Below, in pieces: positions 12,831 through 25,500 of a stretch of 64,000 nucleotides of DNA (positions are counted from its first letter, which is position 1; every line of letters begins with the position of its first letter). The position numbers and the translations under genes are program-made. The notes under the pieces were generated by a model. It ran no database searches. It had not been told where the DNA came from and saw only the letters and a list, made by a program, of their open reading frames with translations. The stretch comes from Azolla caroliniana. Lineage: Eukaryota > Plantae > Polypodiophyta. The stretch spans positions 1,488,001-1,552,000 of the forward strand of contig JBHGNT010000021.1 in NCBI GenBank assembly GCA_043228905.1, in the 5' to 3' direction.

Positions 12831-13043
12831 AGCCTCCTTCTCTAGGGGATTTATAGGAAGAAGAAGAAGAAGAAGAAGAAGAAGATTGGTATGGTCTGAT
12901 TCTCTCTCACAAGGAAGGAAGGAAGGAAGGAAGGAGGTTTTACTGAATGACACAGAGCAGGGGATCTCTGGCTCTCCACTTTTCTACATATTTATATTTT
13001 TGTCTCCCCCCCCCCACAAGATTCCCTGCATATATGTATGTAT

Positions 13044-13052
13044 TTAGGGTTT
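13044..13052 (-). promoter_or_regulatory. Telo-box (AAACCCTAA) upstream of IMPDH
   Basis: TTAGGGTTT on the + strand, ~215 bp upstream of the ATG, just 5' of a TA-rich TATA-like stretch and the TTC/TTCC-repeat 5' UTR. Confidence 0.5.
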
Positions 13053-13603
13053 AACCTTATATCTTAGGGGTTTTTTTTTCCATTCTTCATTTGGATTCTC
13101 TTGAGTCTTAAATGTAATTATGTATGTATGTATGTGGGAGTTTCATCATGTGACATTAATCATGTGATCATGTGACAGAACACGATGTCATGCAACGAAA
13201 CAGGATTATATAAAATCTTATGCCCCGCACACTCACCTCGATTTTAGACATTGCGTTCAATTGTTCACGTTCGTCCCATGTGTATGAATGTCTCATTGGA
13301 TATAACTTTTCCTAGCCTAATGCCCCATAAATGACACTTGGAGAGAATTCGCACACTCGTATGATGGTGCTTTGCAAGGCTATTAGAATTAGAGATAGAT
13401 AGACAAACTTTATTTTTTTCCTCATATATCATGTGTCATCCTATGGAACAATAGTGATACATTTTCAAGTAGTATACGGGGAGTGGAATAATGGCTCTCG
13501 ATGCTCAAGAATTTTACTCAAGAATCTTGACATGAGGAAAGCAAACTCAAATGTACTTGAATGTGGAGTCACACAAAAACCTACTAATTTTTTTTTCATA
13601 ACT

Positions 13604-14254
13604 AGGCTATCATGTATAATGTTGGCCATTTGGAAGCATCAATAATTGAGTTCCATGAATAACGAATCTTAAGTGGAAATTGGAAGACAGTCAAGAAGGC
13701 TATCATGTATAATGTTGGCCATTTGGAAGCATCAATAATTGAGTTCCATGAATAACGAATCTTAAGTGGAAATTGGAAGACAGTCAAGAAGGCTATCATG
13801 TATAATGTTGGCCATTTGGAAGCATCAATAATTGAGTTCCATGAATAACGAATCTTAAGTGGAAATTGGAAGACAGTCAAGAAGGCTATCATGTATAATG
13901 TTGGCCATTTGGAAGCATCAATAATTGAGTTCCATGAATAACGAATCTTAAGTGGAAATTGGAAGACAGTCAAGAAGGCTATCATGTATAATGTTGGCCA
14001 TTTGGAAGCATCAATAATTGAGTTCCATGAATAACGAATCTTAAGTGGAAATTGGAAGACAGTCAAGAAGGCTATCATGTATAATGTTGGCCATTTGGAA
14101 GCATCAATAATTGAGTTCCATGAATAACGAATCTTAAGTGGAAATTGGAAGACAGTCAAGAAGGCTATCATGTATAATGTTGGCCATTTGGAAGCATCAA
14201 TAATTGAGTTCCATGAATAACGAATCTTAAGTGGAAATTGGAAGATAGTCAAGA
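13604..14254. repeat. Near-perfect tandem array, 7 x 93 bp
   Basis: Unit AGGCTATCATGTATAATGTTGGCC...GGAAGACAGTCAAGA with period 93 (13604, 13697, ...). The only difference I see is C>T (GAAGATAGTC) in the last copy. Confidence 0.97.
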
Positions 14255-14586
14255 AGGGACATTGTGCAATGTTGAAGCATACACTAGGGTCCAATCTCTT
14301 CATAATCATTGTTGATGTTTCATTGAAGAACGATCAATGGCTTTGGAGAGGAGCCACATTAGTGTGATATTCTAGGTACCCATTGATGAGGACATTAGTT
14401 GCTCTATCTACATAAAAATAAGGGAAATCCTAACACATATCTTGAGGTCTTGACTGAATTGTAAAGGCAATTATATGCATTCTCCTGGATTTATATTATG
14501 GTTAAGTTTAGAAAATATGGCCACAAGCATTGTCAACTTTAAATGATCATGCATAGATGTTTATTACACAAAAAAATGGAGGCCTA

Positions 14587-14772
14587 TGGGGAAATATGCT
14601 AAGAATTCAAGGATCTAGAACTAAATATGCTTTTTGGAAGGAGAATTTGAGGCATTGATGAGTAATTCTTTTTTAGATGAATTTGATCCATGGGGAGATA
14701 TGCTAGAATTCAAGGATCTCGACCGAAATATGCTTTTTTTTCGAGGAGAATTTGAGGCCTTGATGAGTGACT
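14587..14772. repeat. Diverged ~103-bp tandem duplication
   Basis: ATGGGGA(A/G)ATATGCTA..GAATTCAAGGATCT...GGAGAATTTGAGGC.TTGATGAGT occurs twice. Confidence 0.8.
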
Positions 14773-16150
14773 CTCTTCGGGTTGTGTACATAATGGGCCT
14801 TCCTTACACTTCGACAACAGTGGATTGTTGTTTTTCATATTGCTGTTGCAATTCATATAACCTACTTTACGACAAATCAACATTGGCAATTAATATAAAT
14901 CCACTTATTTATCACAAATAATGAGAAATGGCCAATTAATATATGACACACACTCATATATCAGGGGTTATATGCAAGATACATACCCTAGGTTTTCAGA
15001 ATACTATTCTTTGGTTGGTTAACATGAAAAAGAATGATTGAACGATAAGCATGCTAAGTCATCTAAAAACCGAAAGACCTTGTCAGTTCTGCCAGCTAAA
15101 AAGGGCAAGCCATGAGACAAAATAAACAAACAAAATTTATAGTTGAATGGTCAGATAAATTGATAATTGTAACAAATCCAGGCATATATGCTCATTAAAG
15201 ATTGCTTCCAAGGTGCCAAAAATTAACACCATTTGAGCTAGTAAACCTATGGTATGTGTACAATCAGGACATGTTTCACTGCTTGATATCAACCCCCAAA
15301 AAGACATTCAAATAGGCTTACAGTGCTTATTACTCATTGGAAGAGAGACAATACTTCTACTCATTGGATGAACACAGGATTGTCTGTATGCTTAGTTTAT
15401 AAATTCAACATTAACAGAACAGGGCAAAACCTTTCTAAACACTTAGTTCACACGGAGATGCACTAAACAATGCAAAGTAAGGTTATCTGTTCACCCAGCT
15501 TTAGAACAGTTTTCACTTAACAACAGAAGACTCAAAGACAGCCCCTGTCAAAACCAAACACAGGTGTCAAGCATTTCTGAACTCATGGTTATCCAAGGGC
15601 AAGGGACATTCCTACAGTACTTCAAGGTACAACCCGGCAATGCCACAAAGCATGGAAGTTAAAGGTTAACCATAGACTCTTCAAATCATAAACAAATTTG
15701 CTATTTCATGAAGTATGGCTTCGCAGTAACAAACTAATCTAAAGGATGTAATGTTTGGGAAACTGTATCAGTGCACAAACTTAAGGTCCTCACTTTGTCA
15801 TACTCAAATGTGGAGTGCATCAACATTTTCAGCATTAACATGAACGTACATGACAACACTGCTTTTGTGAAACCCAAATTACTGAAAAAATAGAAATAAA
15901 ATATGGTGTTTTTAACACAGCCACAAATATTTGATGCATGTAGGTGTATTTACATGATTTTTATAAGGCAGAAATCCTCCAATTAAACCTATATTTTGTT
16001 CTCAAAATTGTACAACGGGTATTGGAATCTTAAACAGTTCAATTGTATGGAAATGGGCAAATAACATGACCTCGCAGATCTAATGAACTCTTTTGAATCT
16101 TTTATCCAACAAAAATGCATAAGAATCCCTGTTTTAAAGACAGCTTAAAA

Positions 16151-19100
16151 CTAAGCTTGTTCAGGGTTTATGACTGCAAGTACCTGTATGATGTAGCAAA
16201 AGCAATAAAATGAATAAGTAGAAATTGTCTTATTATTGGATTTCCAATATAGGGAATTGCTAGCACAAAGTTCATTGTCACTATACAAGAGAAAAAACAG
16301 GGATCACAGACAGAAGCCAGATACCTTATCTCGAAATTCTCTAAACAATTCAACATCCAAGGCTTGGTTCAGATCCTGCACCATGTGATGATGAAAGAGT
16401 TAGCAGAATCAACAGAATAAAATAAGAAAGTACTGAACCAGTATTACTAACGAAATAAACCCATTTGCTCGTTTTGCATCATACATATGAGCATGATTGG
16501 TTAAAAAAATTCACATAACCTTCTCCGCATCCGATGAACTATCAATCATCCGAATGAGCTCTTGAAGTTTTGGTGCTTTCAACAATGTTCGAATCTCCTC
16601 TGATTCAGCTGTAGGAAAAGCCTCCAGTTCAATGTTCAAATATAACTATTCAGGGTGGTAAAGCCTCTTTGTATAGTCAATAATTACCAATAGATTCAAA
16701 ATGACTTTGTTGTAACCTCCACTCATGTTCATCATCAATCTCGAAAGGCCTTGAAGGCTGCACATGCAGTAATGAAGACCCTGCAAAACCTTAATATCTC
16801 TTTGCACGTGCAATGATGTGAATAGTCACAACTGGTGTGAAACGCCCAGAGCACTTCAAAGACAAGAAACCTTTCAAACACCAACATGATTGACACCAAA
16901 ATATGAAAATGGTACGACACAGGGCAATAATGCATAGAAGATCATCCGATGCTGTGGAAGTCAAGGATGCCTTGAGAATATCCTGAACTTGTCAACAAGA
17001 AGGGCAGGGTTTGGTGCAAGGAATCCATAGAACATCCTACAGCTTATGCTGCTGCCAAACCAGATCCCGATGAAATATATCCCATGTGCAAGCAAGCAAT
17101 CCAGCAATAAAATCTACATGCTAAGCATGGGAACAAAACAAAGCAAGAGGAAGCGAGCCTGTGACTTTGACATAGAATCATTACATCAAGCACATGTGAG
17201 ATCGTTACTCACACTGGTACCCACCGGTATTGCTTGAATACAGTGTGAATTGACCTAAAACATCCAGCTTGGTGACTGATGTCCAAAATGCAGAGATATG
17301 AGAAGAATCTACTGTGAAAGCAAAATTAATGGCACTACATAACCAGCATTATAGTTGTATTGAGGATAGCTGCTGGCCAATTTTGGATATGGATGTGTGG
17401 CCTGACCAAATACAATAGGAAAAAAAGGAGATGAAAGTATCATGCCATGTGTATAAAGGCCACATCCACTCATCTTTATTGAGACTAAGTAATGAAGCAA
17501 AAGGCCCCCGAAATCTGAAGTCACCAAAGAGATAATGCATGTGAAGTGACCTTTGGATCTACAGATTGCTGCTTCCTGAAGGAAGCTAATGCACAAATAT
17601 GAATCCAAGATAGGATGATATCGTACTCTGAATGATCATCAGAGCTGAATGCACAAATATGAGTCCAAGATAGGATGATATCGTACTCTGAATGATCATT
17701 AGAGCTGTGAGAGAAGTGGATTCACATCTTGTTTCTAGCATCCACAATAAATATAAAATGTTGGGAACATGCTATCACATGATAAGGGCTTCGTAAAAAA
17801 ATGTGTCATTATCCCAACGAGGAGTCTACAGGACAAAGGTTTGACTAAGTGCTTGGACACAAGGGAACAACACAGCATCTCAGGATTATCTTTCCCAAGA
17901 GACTAGGTAGATCATCACCAACTATAGATATGGGCCAGTCTCTGACCAAACATATCCATAAGCAGCAGTAACAAGTTGAAACCTTCATCAACACCAAATG
18001 TAGTGGTTCAGCAACACCAACAGAGAAACCAAAGCACTTGCCCAAGGCGTCCCAATTATATGCAGAGTGTCGTAGAAGAAATCCAGTTCCTGTCCACATC
18101 AGGCAGCTGACCCCAGATGGATGAATTCTGAATAGTGATATAGATTCCTCCATAAAAACAGGAGGAAGTAACGGGCTATAGTTGGGTGGCCTTGATGCAC
18201 AGATCCTGTGAGAGGGATGCAGCACCCTACATGGCTACATATATGGTATTGGCACTCCATGTACAACGGTAAAGTTCCAATACACTAGTAATCCAAGGTT
18301 GGGGGAAGCTATAATGCATCTGAGAGCCGTCTAAGAAACCACAAATCACTCTTTCATACACATTATAAAGGCAAGATGCATGATCTCTATCGGATGGCCA
18401 ATGTGTGTGCATGTTTCAATGCCCTCAATAATAGGAGATCATAATAAGATGCATCAAACAAGGCCTGGGGAGATGTTGCCACAACCTCTTGATGCAACCA
18501 CCTTATAAAAGGTGGATGACAAAGTAATAACAGGAATTGTGACCCCAGTGGCAGGAAACACTCTTATGGGGAGGGACCAAACTGTCAAGAAATCCATCTC
18601 CGATATCAATGGTGATGGGTGTTTAAAACTATTATGCCCTAAGGCACTATAGTTGTCACATTAATCTATTGATTACCCTTGCCATGACAACCCATCATAT
18701 ACATTAGATAATAATGCGAAGAAAAAAAAGAGTAAGCAAATTATGTGATAATGAAAAACAAGCAGTTACCATCAGCTGGCATAGAAGACGGTTCTGATCT
18801 CGTACAGGGGGTTTCTGAAGAGCAACCAAATTCCTTCATTAATAAAATAAAAAGTAAAAGAAACCCAGCTTCTCCAATCCCACCAACACATAAAAAAAGA
18901 AAGTATTTAGAATAACTTAAACGTTTGTGGTAGTTCAGAAAGAAAATGTTATTATTACCTTTGTGTTGTTTATAACAAGGAATCGAGCAACTGCAGCAAA
19001 ACAAAACAAACCAAAACAAAAACGAATGAGAGAAAGGTTTAGATCGTAATAGAAAGCTGGCTTCTATTACTTATATGTTTTTTGTGGTATGTTTCTCTTA

Positions 19101-19178
19101 CTAAGGAAGGAAGCAGGAGGGGCACTTGTATTTGGAGGAGGCACTCTGACAGACCTTGCATTGCTGGGGCCCCACCAT
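16151..19178 (-). CDS. ZNHIT3: Zinc finger HIT domain protein, ZNHIT3/Hit1-like (box C/D snoRNP assembly factor), 139 aa, 7 exons
   Basis: Exons 19178-19102, 18990-18959, 18814-18770, 16780-16688, 16608-16520, 16375-16325 and 16183-16151; 420 nt, phases consistent. Protein: MVGPQQCKVCQSASSKYKCPSCFLPYCSIPCYKQHK (zf-HIT)...WRLQQSHFESIAESEEIRTLLKAPKLQELIRMIDSSSDAEKDLNQALDVELFREFRDKVLAVINPEQA*. Confidence 0.92.
17588..17707. repeat. 60-bp tandem duplication in ZNHIT3 intron 3
   Basis: AATGCACAAATATGA(A/G)TCCAAGATAGGATGATATCGTACTCTGAATGATCAT(C/T)AGAGCTG occurs twice. Confidence 0.9.
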
Positions 19179-19292
19179 CTCTCTCTATCTGTTCTCTATC
19201 TCTGTACGTTTCTCTCTATCACTCTGCCTCTGTGTTTCAGTATATGTTAGTTAAGTTGATTGAAGCAAGTGGTGGAATAGGGAGGGAGCCTG

Positions 19293-19605
19293 TAATGATC
19301 GGCAACGGCTCGGTTCAAGCCTAAAACGAACCGCTAAACCGCTTAAACTGTTTGGCGGTTCGGTTCGGTTTAGGCTTGAGCTTCCTTAATCGGTTTGAAG
19401 TCGGCTTGGGATGGCTCAAGACGAACCGAACTGAGTTGGGCCAAACCAATTACCAAGCCGGTTAAGGCTTAATCAGCTTGGTTCCAATGGTTTAGGAACT
19501 GGTTTGGTTTAGGTTTGGAAACTCCCAAACTAGTTTAGGCTTAATAAGTTTGGTTTGGACAAGGCCAAACCAGGTTAAGCCTAACCTAACCGTTGCCGAT
19601 TCCTA
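19293..19605. mobile_element. hAT-type MITE ~115 bp upstream of the ZNHIT3 start codon
   Basis: TIRs TAATGATCGGCAACGG and CCGTTGCCGATTCCTA (13/16 complementary). The interior is packed with GGTTCGG/AACCG/GGTTTAGG repeats, and the termini resemble the MITE at 4342. No clear TSD. Confidence 0.75.
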
Positions 19606-20144
19606 GAGGGAGGGAGGGAATGGTGAGAATGTGAAGAGGTGTTTGTGTGTGTGTGTGTGTGTATGTGTGTGTTAAGCAAGGCTCAAAAGTGTTGTAAAGA
19701 GGCAAGAGCTCACTAACAAGTTTCAGATTATCTCGTCCATAGACTTGCTCGAATACCACATACAATGACCCTTTGGGGAACTCATGAGAACCTAAAACCC
19801 CATGTATCAAGAAACTTATCTCCAATGGGGTTTTTTTGGAGCTTTTCCCTTTGGATCAATTTGTATACAATTTCACATGCAAAAATTACCCCTCGACAAA
19901 AAACTTCCATTATTTAGTGTTATAATCAGCTACGACTCTTGCCCAAGGTTATGATCACAAACAACATTGCTAGACATGTGCAGTTCAGTAGAAAATGCTT
20001 AGAGAGAAGAACTTGATGAAATAGTTGATTACACAATAGAAGATATAAACGATAGTTTTATTAGAGATTTGTAAAATTATTCCTTATAGCAAATAACTAA
20101 GTATATGCTACATCAATTCATAAAGAATTCATAACTTATAGAAA

Positions 20145-20231
20145 TAGAGAAAACAACATAGTGTTTTACTTCTATAGAGAAAACAACATAGTGTTTTTAC
20201 TTCTATAGAGAAAACAACATAGTGTTTTACT
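20145..20231. repeat. Minisatellite, ~3 x 30-31 bp
   Basis: TAGAGAAAACAACATAGTGTTTTACTTCTA repeated. Confidence 0.9.
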
Positions 20232-21320
20232 CAAAGTATTACCTTCGACGAGTAAAAGCCGCATTGGACGATATTTAGTAGGGGTTCTCTTATAAGAGAC
20301 TAGTCAACAACCCAATTGTAAAGGATGTCATTATCTTCTTCTTCTTCTAGAATGTCAAGAGAATGCATTAAGAGTTTAGATGAGATAGATTGGGAAATGG
20401 AGATGGTGATAGCTCAAGGTTGTAAGGTGAGTCAAGCTCCTTAGAATGAAGTGTGACCTTAATTTCATGTCCCATTTCTTATGCTATCTCTCAAACACAT
20501 TCAGCATTTATGATAATGATATCATATGATTGTTTATTTGAAACTTATTGGACTATTTCTATGTGATTGTAGTGCATATTTGTGGTTTTAAATATTTGTG
20601 ATTTTGATAAGAGCTCATCTTGAAGGGGCCACATTACACCTTAACATGAGTTACCATACACTTATTTTGAACACACAAGGTGCAAGATAGGTGAGACATA
20701 CCAACGCATGTAACTTCAACAAAATATGTACTAATTAATGAATGATCCGTTTCAATCATGTATGCATATGCTAATTGTGTTTTTTGAGGCAATTTTTGGA
20801 TAAGATGAAATTAATGACATTGATCCTTTAGATGGCACTGATCAAATTCAATTAATTCCAGAGATATCAAATAATTCTAAAATTGATCCAGTTGCTGGTA
20901 TCCGTAATATTGAAGATATTCTTGAATCTTCTCGAGTGAAATGTTAAAAATTGAAAGCTACAAGTTTTTTTCCAAGAAACTTTGTGATTATGTTCAGTTT
21001 TTTTCTATCCTCAAGAGAAGGTTAGATACTCTGTCATGCATGGCCAGTGCATTGAAGGTAATAGCAGCAGGAGCACATTAGCAATTAAATCCCATAATAA
21101 TGGTGGTTTGATGAATCCATTAAGAAGCAATTTATTGCAGAGTAGTCATCAGGAGGTAATGAAAAGAAATTAAGAAGCAATTAACTATACAAATCGAGAG
21201 GATCAACAAGAAAGTAACTGAATATTAACAGAGGCAATTTCTTTACAAATGAATCAAGCTAATCACAGTTTCTATTTGTTGAGTTGTAATCCATGTCGCT
21301 TCCAGAGCTTGGACGGAGGC

Positions 21321-21383
21321 TAGCCTCCCCCTGTACACCGAGCCAAATCCTCCTTCCCCAAGCTTGCTCTCTTCACTGACAAA
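21321..21383 (-). pseudogene. Isolated receptor-like kinase fragment (subdomain I Gly-rich loop only)
   Basis: Translates to FVSEESKLGEGGFGSVYRGRL. No VAVKKL, HRD or DFG motif follows; the frame decays and stops at 21243. Confidence 0.6.
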
Positions 21384-21717
21384 ACGTTTAATTTTCTCTA
21401 TGTTGTTTGTGGTTGAGGTCAATGGCAGTGAAATCTTCCCATCTCTTATGAGAGACTGGGCATGCACATCTCCAGATAATTAATTTATATCCAGAGTTGG
21501 GGTTTAATCTTCTCATTGTGCTCATTGCCTTTCACATGAACGGGTTTCAGAAGATGTTTCCTAGCAACTTACCATAGCTGTAATTTGAGAAGCTCTTGAG
21601 AGGCATAACTGAACCATGCAGGACTTGAGAAGCCATTCAAGGTATATGGGAAATGCTCTGCATTGTAATTGGATCATGTAGTTGAGGTTAACACCATTGA
21701 TAAATGTCTTTGCTGAT

Positions 21718-21979
21718 AATTTGATAATGTACATGCAAGACACAGAAACACTATGAGAAAATGTCTTCCCTTGCAGCAACAAAAACTGATGCAACAGAGT
21801 ACCTTAGTAAGACGTTAGCAGCTTGCACCCTCAAAAAGTACCTTTGACAATTTGATAATGTACATGCAAGACACAGAAACAATATGAGAAAATGCCTTCC
21901 CTTGCAGCAACAAAAACTGATGCAACAGAGTACCTTTGGTAAGACGTTAGCAGCTTGCACCCTCAAAAAGTACCTTTGA
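21718..21979. repeat. 131-bp tandem duplication
   Basis: AATTTGATAATGTACATGCAAGACACAGAAAC...CCCTCAAAAAGTACCTTTGA at 21718 and 21849, with few differences. Confidence 0.92.
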
Positions 21980-22595
21980 AGCAATTGCTTGAAGGAGAAT
22001 CATGGAATCACTCGAAAGGAAACAATGTAAAATTGACATTCCAAAAGAAGTTATTATTGCGGAAACTTGCAAAACACAACATATTATGAACATTATGCAT
22101 TTTACTTCATAATTCTTGGCTCAGCTAGGGTGCCAATAGCAATAGCATTATTAAATGAAAAAAACATTTCCCCTGCCCTTTATTTGACCAAACTGAAAAG
22201 GCAGATGAATCACCGAATTTTAAATTGTGGATCAACTTCTAAATTACATGCGTTTGTTCCTTCCGAATCATGACATTTAGCATGTGTAAATTCCATATCT
22301 AATATAAAACCCAGAAAATGGAACTTTCAAATGCATATAAACAGATACAGCCTGAAACTTGTCTTGCAGTACACAATCATAGAAACTTACAAAAGTTTTA
22401 CTGATTTATCCGAAACTTATCCACAGATTTTGAGCTGGTATATTAGCAGTAGAGAAGACTCCACTAATGAAACAAATTATCCTTCATGTGGAAAAGCATG
22501 AAGAATTTATCATGGTAATTAATTTGGAAGTGATTTCACATTGTGGTTCTAATATACAGTAAAGTTTAATGTACAAAGGAGGACATTTTATAACA

Positions 22596-25500
22596 TCATG
22601 GACGATATAGATGAACAGATTTAGTGACAAGTTTCCGGCAAAATGGGCACCTGGTAACTGCAGAAGAGCAATTCTGGCACAAAACATGGCCACAAGGTAA
22701 TAATAAGCTACTAACTTCCAAGTTCAAACATACACGACAAATCCATGAGGCCCGGGCAGCCTCTGCTTCTTTTGCTGCCTGATCTGCTCTTTCCTGCCAA
22801 TCGAAGACATTGAAAAAAAAACCAATAATTACAAGCGGATGTTTCTAGACGCTAGGGCAGCAGAAAGAAAGAAAGATATATTAACGTCTTTTAAGAGGCC
22901 AAAATGGCCTATAAGACCAAACAAAAGATTACATCTTAAGTGTTGTCTTGCCTTTCAGAAAAACAAATCAAATTAAAATAAGTATTACTCCAGAAATATA
23001 AGAGTATGTAAGAATTTTATTTTATTTAAAACAGATGAGGGAATTTGGTTTTCAGCACATGTGAGATTTTTAAAGAAAATATTTATTATTTGAAAGTATA
23101 AACCTTCAATAGAATGCTGTCAGTGACAACTGTGAGCTCTGTGATCTAAGTAGAAAAATGACTGATTACATATCAAATATACTGACCTTTCGAACAGACA
23201 ATAAATTCTTGACAGGGAAAGACATCAATATTGAACGTCATGTTTATTCATATACAGTAAAATGACATTACGTTAATTCTATAATAAGCATTTGTTTTAT
23301 CAATGATGATTACAACACACATTCATTAATTGAAACCAAAAACACTAATTGGTCAAGTATCAACAGACCTTTTCCAAAGATAAGGCTGAATGTGCAACTG
23401 CCAAATCCTCCTGAAGTACGAGGGCTCTATTAAGAAGAGCTTGTTGATCAAATCCCATGGGAAGTCCAACCGAAGCCATCATATCATTTACTGCCTGCAC
23501 CACAGCTGCTGCTTGCACATTCGTTGGGAATCTTTTTAAGCTTCCATTCTACAATTGTGGAACAAATCAATCACAGAAAGAGAAGCAAACCTTTAACTTT
23601 AAGCATGTCAATTTCGTCCTAAACCAGTGCTACTAAAAATGTGGATAATGCATCACATACTAGGTTTTCATTGCGTGAACTTTCTGATGATTTCCCATCC
23701 AGAGAAGAGTAATCGCTTTGAGATGATGACAAAGATAGCTTAGTTTGTGAGGAATTTAGCTCCTTCCCAAATATTATATTTTTAAAAGCAAAGACATTTG
23801 ATGATAGAAGATGTTGAAGCTGACCAGGACCAGTCTCCACTTGAATATAATATAATGCCTGCCCTGAGGGAGCACGAACATCCTCCTTCACTATACCATA
23901 TCTCATCTTAGTATTAGGTGAATAATCTACACACCAGGCTACAATCTCTTCTGCATAGTACGGCCTCAAAGGATGGACTTGCACTAGCGAAGAGTCAAGT
24001 GTCGAAAGCTCATTTCCAGGAACTATGCCTTGATCATGTTCATGTCTGCCTCTCTGAATTTGAGGGTAGGTAGCTCTTATTCGCAATCTTTCAACTTCAT
24101 TGCCTTCAGAACCAACTGGTCCACCAAATAAACTAGCAATTGGAAGGCACACAGGACTGTTGAGGATCTTGCTGACAATAACAGACAATACACCTAACCC
24201 AGACACATAATCTGGAGGTTCTGCCAACAGTACTTTTCCACATTTCTTATCTATATATTCATAAACCTTGTTCCCATCATTCCCGATACTCCTTTTTGTA
24301 ATGTCAATATTTCCTTCTACTAAGATGAACCTAGTGTAAATATGCTGAACACATTGTAAATGGTCAGCTGCTAAACGAAGCTTTTCTTCTATCTCAAATC
24401 TCGTCCATGCCTTCAAGTGAGGCATTTCCTGTGAAAAGTCTTGGACCAAAACCCAGGTAGCCAGTTGGAAAGAGCTACTCTGTAGTCTTTCAACAATATC
24501 AGTTTTGGTTATACTGCCAAAATTGTCAGTGTATTCCAAAGGCAGAGCATCACTAACAATCTGCAATACCAGAAAGTCAAACAGTGTCAGTCCTCACAAG
24601 ATAATTAAACACATACAAAATTATTTAGTTATTACCTCCTCAACAATGTCTGAAAGTTTCCTTATTCCAAGCAAGATGCAATTGTTCTCCTTTAGAAGAG
24701 GATGAGCAAACCGCAATCTTGAAGTGTCAATCTTCTCCACCATTCGACTTCCAGCTCCATCTATATATACACAAGAGTGTGCATGCACTAATCTCCCAGC
24801 ATCATCAGGAACAATTGAACTTTCAGCCAGATGATTAGACTGCTTATATGTATCAACCTCACACAGAAAATCCAAGATTTTGAACACAGCACGTAGCTCA
24901 TTTGGATTTAGACGTTGATATCCACAGGCATTTTGCATCTCAAACAGTAGTTTTTGCATCCTTGAAAACGTTGGAGACTCTTGCATTCCAAGGTCAGTGA
25001 GAAGCTGAACAAAAGGAAGGTAAGAACTTGGAAGCTGGAAGGCAAAAGGTGCAAGGTTCATTTCAAGTCGTACAAAAATCCTTTTTGCAGAGCAAAGACG
25101 GGTACCATTGGAGACAGGAATGAAGGAAATCTTCTGAAGAGAGTTCTTGTCTGAAACCAGTGTCAAAATTCTGTTATATTAAAATTTCAACGAATACGCA
25201 TTTCATTTATGCACACAGATAGACATTTGTTATTGTGACCTATTAACCTCATATCAATAAGATCCAACCATTAGCTACAGTGAGAAGAAACATACTAACC
25301 AGAGCTGGAGACATTTCCCCAGTTTCTGTCCAAGTATCTAAGCACTTCCAAGAAAGCATACTCAACTGTAACTGTACCATGTGCAGAAGGCCATCTTGCC
25401 AAGATATCCTCTCCATCATCATGTGCTACAATCTACAATAAAACACTAATTGAATGCATTCTTCAACACAGATTTCTTTATGTTTCTAAATAAGAAATAG

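Noticed and set aside
12831-12953. N-terminal extension of IMPDH suggested by the ORF track
   Set aside because: It starts at a non-ATG codon and consists of TTCC/CTT microsatellite typical of a 5' UTR; the ATG at 12830 fits the family.
13604-14254. CRISPR-like array
   Set aside because: The units are contiguous identical 93-mers with no unique spacers, there are no cas genes, and the context is eukaryotic.
13602-14309. 235-aa repeat-protein gene
   Set aside because: Openness follows from a 3n unit with one stop-free frame; there is no synonymous divergence or recognisable domain. Kept only as a caveat in the findings.
16385-16436. Box C (GTGATGA) ... box D (CTGA) snoRNA-like pair
   Set aside because: It is antisense to the host gene, only ~50 nt long, and is the complement of an intron pyrimidine tract.
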